DNA of 62,992 nucleotides, counting the filler, from Folioceros fuciformis (taxonomy: Eukaryota): assembly GCA_049999805.1 (NCBI GenBank). It is 5 parts of 5 records of this genome, joined end to end, with 100 filler letters (N's around TTAATTAATTAA, not from the genome) between each part and the next. Parts side by side here need not be neighbours in the genome. Positions count along the whole stretch, not along the records: positions 1 to 16,128 come from JBNGIO010006413.1; positions 16,229 to 47,644 come from JBNGIO010006415.1; 3 more parts are not named here. One strand, 5' to 3'. The notes under the pieces were generated by a model, which ran no database searches, was not told where the DNA came from, and saw only the letters and a program-made list of their open reading frames with translations. The translations under genes and the position numbers were made by a program. This document shows positions 10,429-21,884 of this stretch, one piece after another; position 1 is the stretch's first letter, and each line of letters starts with the position of its first letter.

Positions 10429-13400
10429 ATGTTAGGACAGTCTCAAACTCGTGAAATCCTGAGGCTGCGACAAGAATCAAGGCTAGACGTTCATGGCCAT
10501 TATGTGCGGGAAGTTCAGAATCCCAAAGAAGGGGAAGTTCCACGGCCAAGTGCAAGGAATGAGGTGAGGGAATCGGTGCCGCCCCAGGGTGCTATTGAGG
10601 ACAGACTGAGTATCCCAGCCTTCCAAAGAGCTTCAAGGACAGATGTTGGTCCTGGACAATCTGAAAGAATGTGGGCACGCACAGTTCCTCCTGCCAATCA
10701 AAGCGGGGAGCTTCTCAACCTGGATGAAACGCAAGGACTGGCAAAGGTAGACCACGAAGGTCCCCCTGGGGAATCACGAGTAACGGGGAGAGGGACTAAC
10801 TACACGTCCAACGAGAGTTCTTTGCTCCCGTCCTCTGGGGCTAGGCAACCAGGCTCTCCTCGGTTAGGATCTGTGGCCTCTACCAAATTGGCAAGGGTGG
10901 TTGAAGGAGAGGCGGCTTGGGGGCCGCCGACTTGGGACTCTGAACACATGGAAGGGGCATGCGGGCAGGAGAGCCCAAGACTCTGGTGGCATAAACAGGC
11001 CCCACAGAATGACTTTGGTAGTAGACAAACCAGGGCTCGAATCAACCTGCTTTCTGTGGAGGTGGGGGAGGAGACGCATGACGAGTTGTTACACACCTCT
11101 CCCACGGTGATGAATTTCAAGGACGACGGCCATGAGAGGAGAGGGTGTGCCGAGGTGGAGGACCAACCTGTCGGCGGAACCAGATCTCTGGATCAGCCAA
11201 AGATGCATGATCGTCCAACACTCAAGGAGCATGTGGATGCTGCACAAGAAAAACCCATTTTTGAATCATGCTTCTGCACAGGCGGAGTTCGCTCCCCATC
11301 AAGATCAGGAGGCCTCTAAGCAACCTCAAAGGGTGTGCTCGAACGGGGAAATTTGCTCTCCCTTGAACGAGGAACGGGAGCGGGGCGAGGTTCGCCAGAT
11401 ATCCTGCAGGCGCCATCTTGAGGGAGACTAAGAAGTCTCATGTTTGGAGAATGAAACGCAAAACAAAGACGAGAGGCATGCTGGGTGCACTGCAGGGAGT
11501 TGCCGGTTAAGCCACACAGATGTGGGAGACCAACTGGTTAGCAGATGCAGAGAATACCAGGCAGGGACCCCACTGGGAGTTGAGGCGATTTCGGCTGATA
11601 GAAACCCCGTCAAGCTGAAGTCGGTCATCACTGATGCAGCTCTTGTGAACACCAACGTGGGCTATCATGTGGAGGATTCATTTTGTATACATGTGTCAAG
11701 CTCTGAGGAGAAGGCCATGTAAGTTGGAGGTGGACTGGTCGACGAATTTTTAAATTGGACTTTTGCCTCAAAGAATGTGGGGGGGAAGTTGTGCCTCCAC
11801 ATTCGAAGAAGCAACAGCTACTGTAACACCACAGAAAAGGCCAACCCAGGATCACAAGACGACGTGCGACGGGAGCAGTTCAAGCGGTAGGGAAACGTCG
11901 ACTCCTCCGGACGCAAGAGGGATGACAGGACTTGAAGCTCTTCCTAGCAAGGTCGGTGATGGCTTGATGAAGAGTATTGTCAAAGTTCTTCAGGGAGAAA
12001 AGATGCTGGACTTCCAAGGGCTAGCTTCACCATTAGACAACATATCAGTACCAGTACACAAGTCTCTAGCAGGTGCTGCAATGTTAGTCGTAGGATCGGC
12101 CTACAGTTCCCCAACCTGGAAGACTGCTGGTGATCCAGTCCTGAAGTCGGGCCAACAAACGAATACAGAGGTGACCGTAGGGAAGCGGACTCAGTTCTCG
12201 GAGGATCCTCCGACTGCCCATAGATGACAGGATCAAATTGCAGTGACCACGGCAAGGAAGGCGTTAAACAAAGTAGTCCAACGTATGGCCTTGGCCATAA
12301 CTTCCCCCCAAGGCCATAACTTCCCCTGATGGAAAAAAGATCAAAGTGTTGGAGGGGTTCGGGGGTGGAAAACATGATAGCTCTGAGGCCCCAATCGCTG
12401 AGGCGAATGAGCCGTTGGCAGAGCATGCACACCACACGATTGGTGCAGTATCAGGGCCTCGGGAGGAAGAATGTGGATCAAAGCGCCCGAAACCGATTTT
12501 AATCGACTGTGCCAGTCCCACGATGAGAGCCAATGCGGTGTATGCATCTGAGGAGGACTTATTCTCCACTCCTTGCGCAAAGGACGATGATGATAGAGAA
12601 TCGGACTGGCATGAGGTTCAAGTTGGTTTTTCAGGAGATGAAGGGATTACCTCTCTGCTGAGTTCCATGAAGAGGCGCCTGGAGCAGGCAAAGGGTGCAC
12701 AGGAGATGCATCCTCCTTCAGGTCAGGAGGAGGGTTTAGGGTTTAGCTAGCGTACTTGGAAACCTGGAATGTAGGAACTCTTAGAGTACAACTAGGAGAA
12801 AATGCAGGCTGCTACGATCGGACATGCTTGTGCTAGCTGGGGCGAGATCAAAGCTTGGAAGTTTGGGATCTGAATCAGCCCCTTGTTTGCGTTCAGTAAC
12901 GGGTACTTAAACAATCTAGGCCTAGCAGGCCAAGAAAACTATTGGCCCGTAAGGCCGGTACGGTTTGTTAGCAACGGGCCTTATCTTCTTAGTGCGAAGA
13001 CGAATACATCTTGTTTATGACAGGTGGCGGGGGGTTAATCATCTCTACTTGAGTTTGACTAAACTGGTACTTAGGCGAGCTATAAAGTGGGTCCGGCTCC
13101 TGTTACGAGCAAGACATGTTTTTGCGGGTACCTTGCTTGTGACCTGCCTCACCTCCGCTGCGGGTGGGTTACGTCTTGCTGCTGGGGCCCTTGGCCTCCT
13201 TGTTTCTGTAGACTATGTGGAGGTCATAGGCTTACTGGGGTGGGACATGGCCACTGGTGTGGCATAGGCAGATGTCAATTAGTCTAACGGTTACGAGGAC
13301 AATGAAGGACGCATTCTCTTATTTAGCTATGAAAGGATATGCCACATGTCAATTAGTCTAACGGTTACGAGGACAATGAAGGACGCATTCTCTTATTTAG

Positions 13401-14420
13401 CTATGAAAGGAGGAGGTGGGGAGCTGCTGCCTGTTATCATTACTGTTCAGCAGCTCCACTCTGGGCAGGAAAAGATCTTTGATATCTTGTCTTCCGGAGG
13501 AGTCCATGTGAGTAAAGATGGCAAAGAGGTAGAGTACTTCAGTGGAGTCCACCTCAAAGAAGTTTGTGGGCCGACAATGTCGCTCAACCCAGACTGAAGG
13601 TGGACCCTGGTAGTTCCATGGACGAAGGACAGAGTGTGAACTTCAGGTAGAGCTGTGAGTGAAGCCAAGAGGCCTTCAGGATTTTATGGTAGCAAGATAG
13701 CTCCCGCCATATGCAAATTAGAACGTCTCCAAAGACTGTCCCAAGAGTATCTCGGTCTAGGCTCAAGTCTTGCGCTCAGGCTTCGAAGCAAACTGCTGTC
13801 TGAAATCTCTTAAGCAAATCCCAATTGATGGGCATTGACACTCTAAGGAACTATGAGAGAGGAGCGCACCTACGAATCATATCTTGGAATGTTAGAGGTT
13901 TGGGAGATGGTCCAAGACGGCTTCAAAGTGTAGAAGACTGAAGCGCCTTTCAGAAGAGGAGGTCACTGGGGACATTGTGTGCTTGCAGAAGCTTAAACTC
14001 TCAATGGAGCATATCCAAAGAGTGAAGAAAATATTCCTCCAGACAGGAGCAGCCTCTAGAGTAGGCTGGGAGGGCAGTTGGATGATCAAATCCCATGGAT
14101 GTTGGCTGGTGACTTCAACTTTGTTGAAAGACAGGAAGACATTCGAGGGGATAGCCCAGCAGACATTTGGGCGGTACCTTTATCATGGCAAGAGCTGAGA
14201 GATACTGTCTTGAAAGTGCAGGACTTGTGGTTGGCCCTTTCAGCCCATTGCCAACCAGAAATCTCTGATTTTCAGCTGGTCCAACCAACAACAGCAATGT
14301 TTGGGTGCTCGGAGGTTGGACAGATTTTATATACCTTCAGGATGGTTGTCATCCGCACAGTCGCACAGTATCCTAGCTAGAATGATTCTTTGAGACCACC
14401 AGCTAATTAACCTTCACTTG
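10429..14420 (+). mobile_element. Degenerate LINE (L1-like): low-complexity ORF1-like remnants followed by an APE endonuclease fragment
   Basis: Frameshifted APE motifs LRIISWNVRGLG (13870), WMLAGDFNFVE (~14100), RLDRFY (~14312) and DH (~14395). Assignment of 10429-13800 to the same element is only inferred. Confidence 0.6.
13272..13411 (+). repeat. 66-bp exact tandem duplication with 8-nt filler
   Basis: 13272-13337 equals 13346-13411; the spacer is TATGCCAC. Confidence 0.9.
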
Positions 14421-14875
14421 AGGCTCGCTCCAGGCTCTGGGTGTCAAAGAACAAGGTCTAACCCAAACGGTCGTTTTCCACGAAGCCCGTTTGATGCACA
14501 TTTGAATTTACACCATCCCAATCACATATCCATATTTTACGCTTTTTTTCAAAAACAACTTATATTGATGTGTGGTGGACATAATCTATCTCATTTGCTT
14601 CAAGCCCACAACCAAGTGGTACATAAACCCTTCAAATTCCAAAACTTTGAGAAGAAAATGAATCTTACTTTTGGTGCGCCGGTCTACCGGCGCCCTAAAG
14701 TGTATGTTTGAAGGATAGGAAACTGGCTATCTGCATCCCATGGATTTAAAAAAGAAATAGTCAAATTTGTTCATAATCATAATATACCATCCACTTCCAC
14801 TACTCTCAAAATCACCTTTAAACAAAAACATGAACGTCTTGATTGGCCTCGGAATCGACTACAACATCTACATCT

Positions 14876-16029
14876 TTAAGTCGCAGGCCCTCTGTCTCTG
14901 AAGTTGTCCCCCTCCACATCTAAAACAGAGAAATGCAAGTTGTCCACAGTCTCAAGCGGAATCGTTCCATTCTCATCCCATATAGTCATAGCATAAAGGT
15001 CTTCCGCCGGTCTGTCGTCCAATTGTGAAAAAGTCTCTCCTTTTTTTCCCAACAAATTGAATACTTGCATCCAACGATCCACACTATCATCCGCGCAGAC
15101 TGTTTTGGCCCAAAACTTCGTGGGCCCGTGCGAGAAATGCTCTGTGCTGATCTCCTCATCAAAGTCTGGCAAAGAGCCTATGCCATTCATAGAGCCGCTG
15201 CATGATGTAAGAGGTACATCTTATATCAATATCCACTGCAACAATATGCCTTCCTCTTTGAATCGTAGACTGTAGAAATGACCCAGATCCTGCGCAAGCA
15301 TCCACTACCCAGTCCCCTTTTGCGGAGAACATATTCACCAACATACCCATTAAACCAAGGGGCTTTTGATACGGCGAGACGACTAGAGAATCTGCTGAGT
15401 GGAACAGATGTTTCTTCACCACAGCACCATGCCTTATAACTCTCGGAAGAAGGAATCCCTGATTCGCGAATAATGGAGCTTTTGTGTCCTAAGCTTCAGA
15501 GTGAACTGCACTTCCAACAATTAAATACTCGACAATCTCTGCTACGCCTGCATTAGAAGGTATGTTAGTCTTCTCCCACACTAAGGTCTAAATGGTTCCC
15601 TTCTTGCACTATGGCTGAAGTGCTTCCCTAGCCTGTGTAAGGGTTTAGGGTTTAAGAACCATGCATAAGAACCACCCTATACACATGACTGTTGGTGCAT
15701 TTTGAAAACCCTCGAATCATGTCCTCAAGCTTTTTGCTTGTCAGCTACCTGTTGCATTCATGTCGTTGCAGTCTGTGAGGCAAATCTGCGAGTAAGAGAG
15801 TATACAATTGTTTTACCAGAAATGCTTTAATCTCCAAAACGTTTCGATGGATAACTTGATACTTAGTCTTATTGTTACTGTTTGGGACTCTGAACTCCGA
15901 TAATCCTACATCCATATCTACATCTACGAGTCTCTTCTTTTCTTCTTCCATGTGCTTCCAGTTTCTAGCAGAATAATAAATATAATCTTGAAAAGGCTTC
16001 GGCAATGCTTCAAGGTCTATGACGTCCAC
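14876..16029 (-). pseudogene. Decayed beta-class N6-adenine/N4-cytosine DNA methyltransferase (N6_N4_Mtase fold)
   Basis: Motifs in beta-class order: YQVIHRNVLEI..LYTLLLADLPH (catalytic DPPY-like motif IV), TLVWEKTN..VEYLIVG, PYQKPLGLMGMLVNMFSAKGDWVVDACAGSGS (SAM-binding motif I) and RGRHIVAVDID. Interrupted by TAG/TAA stops and frameshifts. The 5' part runs into a gap. Confidence 0.8.
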
Positions 16030-16228
16030 TGGTTTCTACCAAAAAGCATTTCATTCAGAAAAACTACACAAAAAACAGAATTGCAAATCAAGAACTACGT
16101 CACTCCAGCCTACGTAAGGGAAAAATCANNNNNNNNNNNNNNNNNNNNNNNNNNNNNNNNNNNNNNNNNNNNTTAATTAATTAANNNNNNNNNNNNNNNN
16201 NNNNNNNNNNNNNNNNNNNNNNNNNNNN

Positions 16229-16746
16229 GGAGGACCATGCGGTGCAGCACCAGCATCGTCCAGGCGCCCTACATTCCCCACCGAGATCTCCATCTCCCCC
16301 GTCATCATGCCCTCCAATTCCCTGTCCTCTCCCTTCCTACCACCCTCAGAGGCACCAACTGCAGCTCCAGCGGTCTCTACAACATCGGCAGCTTCCACAC
16401 CCTCGGGAGCTTCCACAACGTCCGCAGCTTCCACACCCTCGGGAGCTTCCACAACCTCGGGAGCTTCCACAACCTCAGGAGCTTCCACAACCTCGGGAGC
16501 TTCCACAACGTCCGCAGCTTCCACACCCTCGGCAGCAGCGTCCACTACAACTGGCACAGCCACAACCGGAGCAGGCGCAGAAACAGGGGACTGAGCGGCA
16601 GGAATAGGAGCTTGCCCGTCAGCTTCCTGGGGCGGCACAGACCTGTACCCAGCTACTTGAAGGTGGGAATCGGGCACCAGCACTGCCAGGATCGGGAGCA
16701 AGGCGAGCAGCACAACCCCAATCACAAAGAGCAGCCAAAACGCCAT
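16229..16746 (-). CDS. Putative secreted or membrane-anchored acidic repeat protein (3' end in gap)
   Basis: ATG 16746, hydrophobic N-terminus (FWLLFVIGVVLLALLPILAVLV), AP-rich segment, then 18-nt tandem repeats encoding (E/D)VVEAP / GVEAAD at ~16370-16540. Divergent from PSB33. Confidence 0.45.
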
Positions 16747-17209
16747 AGCCGGGCAAGAGGATCAGGCCGCGGGCCAGACGAGGGTTTGAGAAGATCCAAG
16801 AGGGGCACGCGCATAGCGAGTGCCTTCCATGCCTACTCGTCTTCCACCGCCGCCCCCTTCTGCTGGGGCCTTCGCAGCTCCTTCCTCCCCTTCCCCCTCG
16901 CCTCCTTCTCTCCGTCCGACCATCCCCGTCTTACTGCGGGGAAAAAAGCTGTGGACTCGCCACTTTCGCCGCGGCTCCTTCCCCCGCGTAGGGTTCGTCC
17001 TTGCGGAAAAGAAAAACCGGGCATTTTCCTTCCGCGTTCTTTCCGCGGCTCGGCCCGGTCCGGCCCGCCTGGCAGAGCCACAGCCACGGATTCCAGATGT
17101 CGCCTTCTCTTGTGCTGGGAATCGGATGTGGCTCGCCAGGCAGCAGCGAGCAAAGGAATCGATGCTGCCTGCCGCATCATCTGCGGTTGTATCTGCATTT
17201 GCTTGAGCT

Positions 17210-18271
17210 ATGGCGGCTGCTTCCGCGTCCCTTGTGTGCGTGAATCCCGTGGGTTCCCACTTAAGTGCTGGGTCTGCGGTTTCCTCTTCCTCTTCGGAAC
17301 TTCTCTGCTTGCTCCCGGCGAGGCTGAAGCAGGGAGGCGCTTTGCGATGGCAGGCGCCCGCAGCGGGCTGCGTAAGGACGGGAGCCAGGGCTAGCTCGGG
17401 GGAGGTGTCCACTGCGGCAGAGGCAGAGGTCAGGTCTGAGGCCAGCCGCTGGGTTCCCGTCATTCCTGTGACCGCGCTGCCCAAGGGCGAGAGGCGGCTG
17501 GTGCGGCAGGACGGAGAGACAATTCTGCTGTTGTGGTACAAGAGCGAGGTGTTCGCCATCGAGAACACGTCCCCAGCCGAAGGAGCCTACAGTGAAGGCT
17601 TCTTCAATGCCAAATTGACGCAGGTACGCATGGCATTTCATTCTGCGTGCGAGATCTATGTGCGCCAGGTCCTGTTTCGATATTCCGTATTCAGCTCACA
17701 CACCTTGAGCAACAGGACGGCTGCATTGTGTGCCCGTCCACGGCAACCACATTCGACCTCAAGACTGGGGCCATTGTCCAGTGGTACCCTACCAATGCGG
17801 TGCTCAGATTTCTCATCCAGCCTGTAAGACAGCTGGATGTGTATCCGGTGAAGGTGGACTCTGACTACATCTACGTTGATCTGAAGAAAAAGATAAGCGG
17901 ACAATCTGCGGAGATTATTTTCGGTGGATCCACTCAGGCTGGGAAGACTGCCACGAACGTGGATGTGGAAGAGGTATGGCTTCCCTTTTGTGTTTACCAC
18001 AGGTCTTCGTGAGTGACGGAAGTTCTCGTTAGGAGCGTGGGGATTGATTCTGTATGCGCCTCCTTTACAGACGAGGATGGTGGAGGTGGACGAGAAGGAG
18101 GCCGGGGGATTTGGTTTCACCCCGGCTAACGAGATCACTAATGGAAGGGCGGCCATGATAGGCTTCACTGCGCTGCTCATCATCGAGCTGGTTACAGGCA
18201 AGGGTATCCTCAAAGGGACAGGCTTCTTAGACTTCCTGTACAGATTTTTGCCAAACTTTCCCGTGCTCTGA
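17210..18271 (+). CDS. PSB33: Chloroplast Rieske-like protein with C-terminal LHC motif (PSB33/LIL8)
   Basis: Exons 17210-17623, 17716-17973 and 18071-18271. Motifs LPKGERRLVRQ, SPAEGAYSEG, DGCIVCPST and FGFTPANEITNGRAAMIGF; transit-peptide-like N-terminus. Confidence 0.92.
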
Positions 18272-18657
18272 ACGGGCAGCGGCAATGTGGAAGTGTCGGA
18301 CTTGTAGACAACCTAGCATCCGAGCCACAGCACACATAACTTCAATCATCATCCATCATTATAGATTCGGTACAGGTGCTTTCAAACATCGCACAGAACG
18401 TAGTGTTACACCGTGTTGAGCATCGCAGGTTCCGCAGCATCGCCTCCTTGCGGATTCGCACGGGCTTGCCCAGGTGTGCTCTATAACCTGCGGGCCAGCC
18501 TGCGAAGTTGATAGTGAGGCAGTTATGAAGATAATCGAGGACTGAATTGAATGCATGCCCCGCTTACATTGGTTGCCCGCCCTAACCGTGGAACTATCTC
18601 CTTGCTTCATCCTTCCTAGGCCGGGCCTTGTCCTTCGAGATCGCTTCCGCTTTAAGG

Positions 18658-19353
18658 ATGGCGATCGCTGTTATTTTGGCAGGTAGGAGTCCTGGACTTT
18701 CCGCCGCCGTGAGGAACAGTAGCAAATTACCTGTCCGTGAGCGCATCTCTACCATAGGATGCACCACGGTTTGGCGTCAGGGTGTGGGTTCGACCAGGAG
18801 AGCAAATGGACGTGTGATGATCTTGAGGGCGTCTCCCTCGCCGCCTTCGGATGCTGTTCGAGGGTCAAGCGATGGCGGTGACGGTGACAGTGGTGATCGA
18901 GGTAGGGTTGGGCTTGCTTATCGTGTGTAAGCTAACGCTGCGCACATGTTGTACCTGACGAGGCGGAACGCCTGGAACCCTGGCGGTTTTGTAGGGGAGC
19001 GAAAGACGGAAGGAGGAGAGGCAAAAGCTTCACCCCAGACCGAGGCAGCGCAGCCGGCTGGGAATGCAACTGGGGATGGCGCGGGTGCCGACCAACTGGG
19101 GTCGCAACAAGATATCGGCAATGCGATTAGGGCTTTGCGAGAGGCAAGGGCGGCCGAGGGTGCCCAGGAGCCCTCGGCCAATTTCTGGAGTGGTGTGGTG
19201 GAGGAGACGCGGCTGATAGAATGGCCATCTTTCCAGAAGGTGCTCGGAACCACGAGTGTGGTTGTGGCCATGATCCTGGGATCCAGCGTGGTGCTGCTCA
19301 CCGTGAATGCAATCCTGTCACAGCTCTCCGACAGCGTGTTCAAGAATTTGTGA
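18658..19353 (+). CDS. SECE1: Thylakoid preprotein translocase subunit SecE1
   Basis: Exons 18658-18901 and 18995-19353. FWSGVVEETRLIEWPSFQKVLGTTSVVV followed by a TM helix; transit-peptide-like N-terminus. Confidence 0.88.
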
Positions 19354-20155
19354 CCTCCGTGCTACCAATCTTGCGAGGAGTTTCAAATCGACTTCCGCAT
19401 TGATGTAGGCGGACTTCATTTTAACATCTGCAGACAATTCCACAGGTAGGAGGATGTTGCCTGTTCCTCAAGTTGAAACAGAGCTCAACCGAGATGCAGA
19501 TGGTGTTCGGGATTTAAGTCTTAGTCGATCGAAAGTTTACGGCAGCCATAGACTTTCAACTGGGGAGGTCCAGACGCAGCGAAGGTGCACACATTCAGAA
19601 CTTTGGGATGCAAGTCAGCAACGAAAGGAAGACCCAGCTGTTCCGTGATCACTTCTTCAGCCTGGAGAAATCAAGAGAATGTGAGATACAGGCTGTATCT
19701 CACTTGCAGGTGAAGTAACAATGGAAGAGCAGAGTGATCGGGAGAAGGCTTCTGGAGCCTCTCGTCGCTAAAGGGGTCTGTGAGCTGAAGCTGTGAAAAT
19801 GGATTGTCGTCCAACGGACTAAAGCTTGAACGAAAATCGTTCGTTACGAATTGATGATGCATGGAATCACACCGTGTCCGTACAATAAGCTCGCTTATCA
19901 TACTTATATTGTTTGAAGCTTACTGTCTAATTACGGTTCATCACGCTTGCTACAATGCGGCACCCTGGCACAGCACAACCCCACTGTCGTAACTCTCTAC
20001 AGTCCTAAACAGAAGATGTGGTAACCTGACCCCTAAACTTTGTACATACAACAAAATCGTTCTGGAGCACATTTGGCTAGAGCGACCAGCGCATGCCATA
20101 TTGCAAATGGGCTCATTTCGAAACGTTTATCTCCTCCCTGCGTGCACCACCAATA

Positions 20156-21578
20156 CTAAAAATCACCCCAGTCAGACTCCTCTACGACCGGACGGCCACT
20201 TTCAACGGGACGACTACTGTAGGAAGAATCCACTTTCTTCTGCTCTGCACCAGATCTTGCTCCTCCTTTCGAAGCTTCTGTTTTGTCTAGCTTCTCCTTC
20301 ACCCAGTCTGGAGTACGGTAACTGTCTATCCAGAGAGCTTCCTTAGTGTCTTTGTGCTTGAAATCAGGAGACTTCGGGTTTAGCTGTTCGAAATGGCAGA
20401 GATCAGTTAACCACTCCCGTTTGAGAAAGGAACTTCATTTTTCAAGCAGGGGAACCTACCTTCGAGCCTCGGTTATCCCACCACTTAGAAGGATCGGTGA
20501 AGTACTCCTGCCATAAGCGCTCTGGACTCATCTTGGGGCTTGCATCATCTGCAGCCTCAATGTCAGAAATTGGTGACCACCCGAGGAAGCCACACTGACA
20601 GATTAGGAGAGCCAGTGACAGGAAACCCAGCAGGCAGAGAAATGTCACACACCATAATCCAGCCCACCTTCTGAAGACCCTTGCTTGACTTGGGTGCTTT
20701 GAGAACCGTTTTGAGGACTTGAGGAGGATCTGCTGCCGCTGGCTGACACAAAGTTCAACTCCTTGACGGAGACCTAAGGCACAGCAGTCCCCGACCTAGC
20801 CGTCAGTCCCCTTCATTGAGATCCAAAAGCAAGATACCAACAAGGATATAGACTACCCTGATCGCATTTCTCTTCACGTCGTTCGCATCGGTCCACGTTT
20901 CAATCTTCAGCCTGCCCTTGACATTCACCATGTTCCCCTTCTTCAAATGGTGAACCGCAATCTCAGCCAAGGAGTCCCAGAACTCTAGCTCAAACCTGTC
21001 TCGTCCCACACAAAGCCACCAATCAAGCGCGGAAGGGCATTTTTGACATTCAAAACGGACAGACACACTGGCACGCACCAGCTTGGAGGATCAGTCTGTT
21101 TCATACTCGTTTGCACGGCAATGGACGTCTTCGAAACCACTTTGCCAGTGTCGAAGTATCTGATTTCCACGTCCCTCCCGAGACGTCCAATTAGGGACAC
21201 AGAGTTCGCCAAGTCCTTATCCCAGTCAACAGAGTCGGGACGGCGAAATTCCGCGTTAATGCTCTGCTCATGACCCACAGCAGCTGCGACTTCGACACCA
21301 TAACCACTTCCCTTCGGCCTCCCCACAGAAGCCACCGACAGAGACAGATGTCTTAAGCTATGCTTCCTGCAAAGGTCCTCGTACGCCGGCATACACACCT
21401 TTCTCAATGTGCAACCGCCCATCACCCCTGCCGAAGCAGCCTGCGCCACAACCGCCACGCCATGCCAGTCTGCAGCATGAAGCTTCGCAGAAGATCTCCA
21501 GGCTGAAGGTAGTGTAGGGGATTGCTGGCGACCCACCAAGTTGCCACCCAGCCTGGCCATCCTCGCACCGGGTGACAT
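20156..21578 (-). CDS. Organellar single-stranded DNA-binding protein (OSB family: SSB domain plus PDF motif)
   Basis: NSVSLIGRLGRD, FELEFWDSLAEIAVHHLKKGNMVNVKGRL, LWQEYFTDPSKWWDNR and KSPDFKHKDTKEALWI. Spliced; stop TAG at 20156. Confidence 0.88.
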
Positions 21579-21884
21579 GAAGTGGGCAGATCGCCCCTTT
21601 CAAAGCCTACGCTGCTGCCGCATCACAGCAGCTGATGCTCCTTAATGCTGTTCGTCCGCCGTCGTCGTGTCAGAATCTCAATTCGACTTTAGTGGGGTTC
21701 AGTCGCGTCGAAGTGTGCGAACCCTAGAATTGTAGCCTACACTGAAGGCATTTCAAGACATCTCTGTGCCAACGCAAGGTGGAGGACATTGAATGTGCGG
21801 GAGAAGCTCCGGAGTTCGAGTGCTCAGGTTTCAGTGTCCTATGATGTTATCTTACGTCAACAAGCTTGCTACGTACGACGGAGC

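Noticed and set aside
16173-16184. TTAATTAATTAA embedded in N runs (also 47689, 54243, 59538)
   Set aside because: Identical six-frame-stop spacer inside gaps; a scaffolding artefact.
16237-17568. Long overlapping ORFs (385 aa plus, 268 aa minus)
   Set aside because: Products of GC-rich sequence and the 18-nt repeat, overlapping the PSB33 promoter and exon 1.
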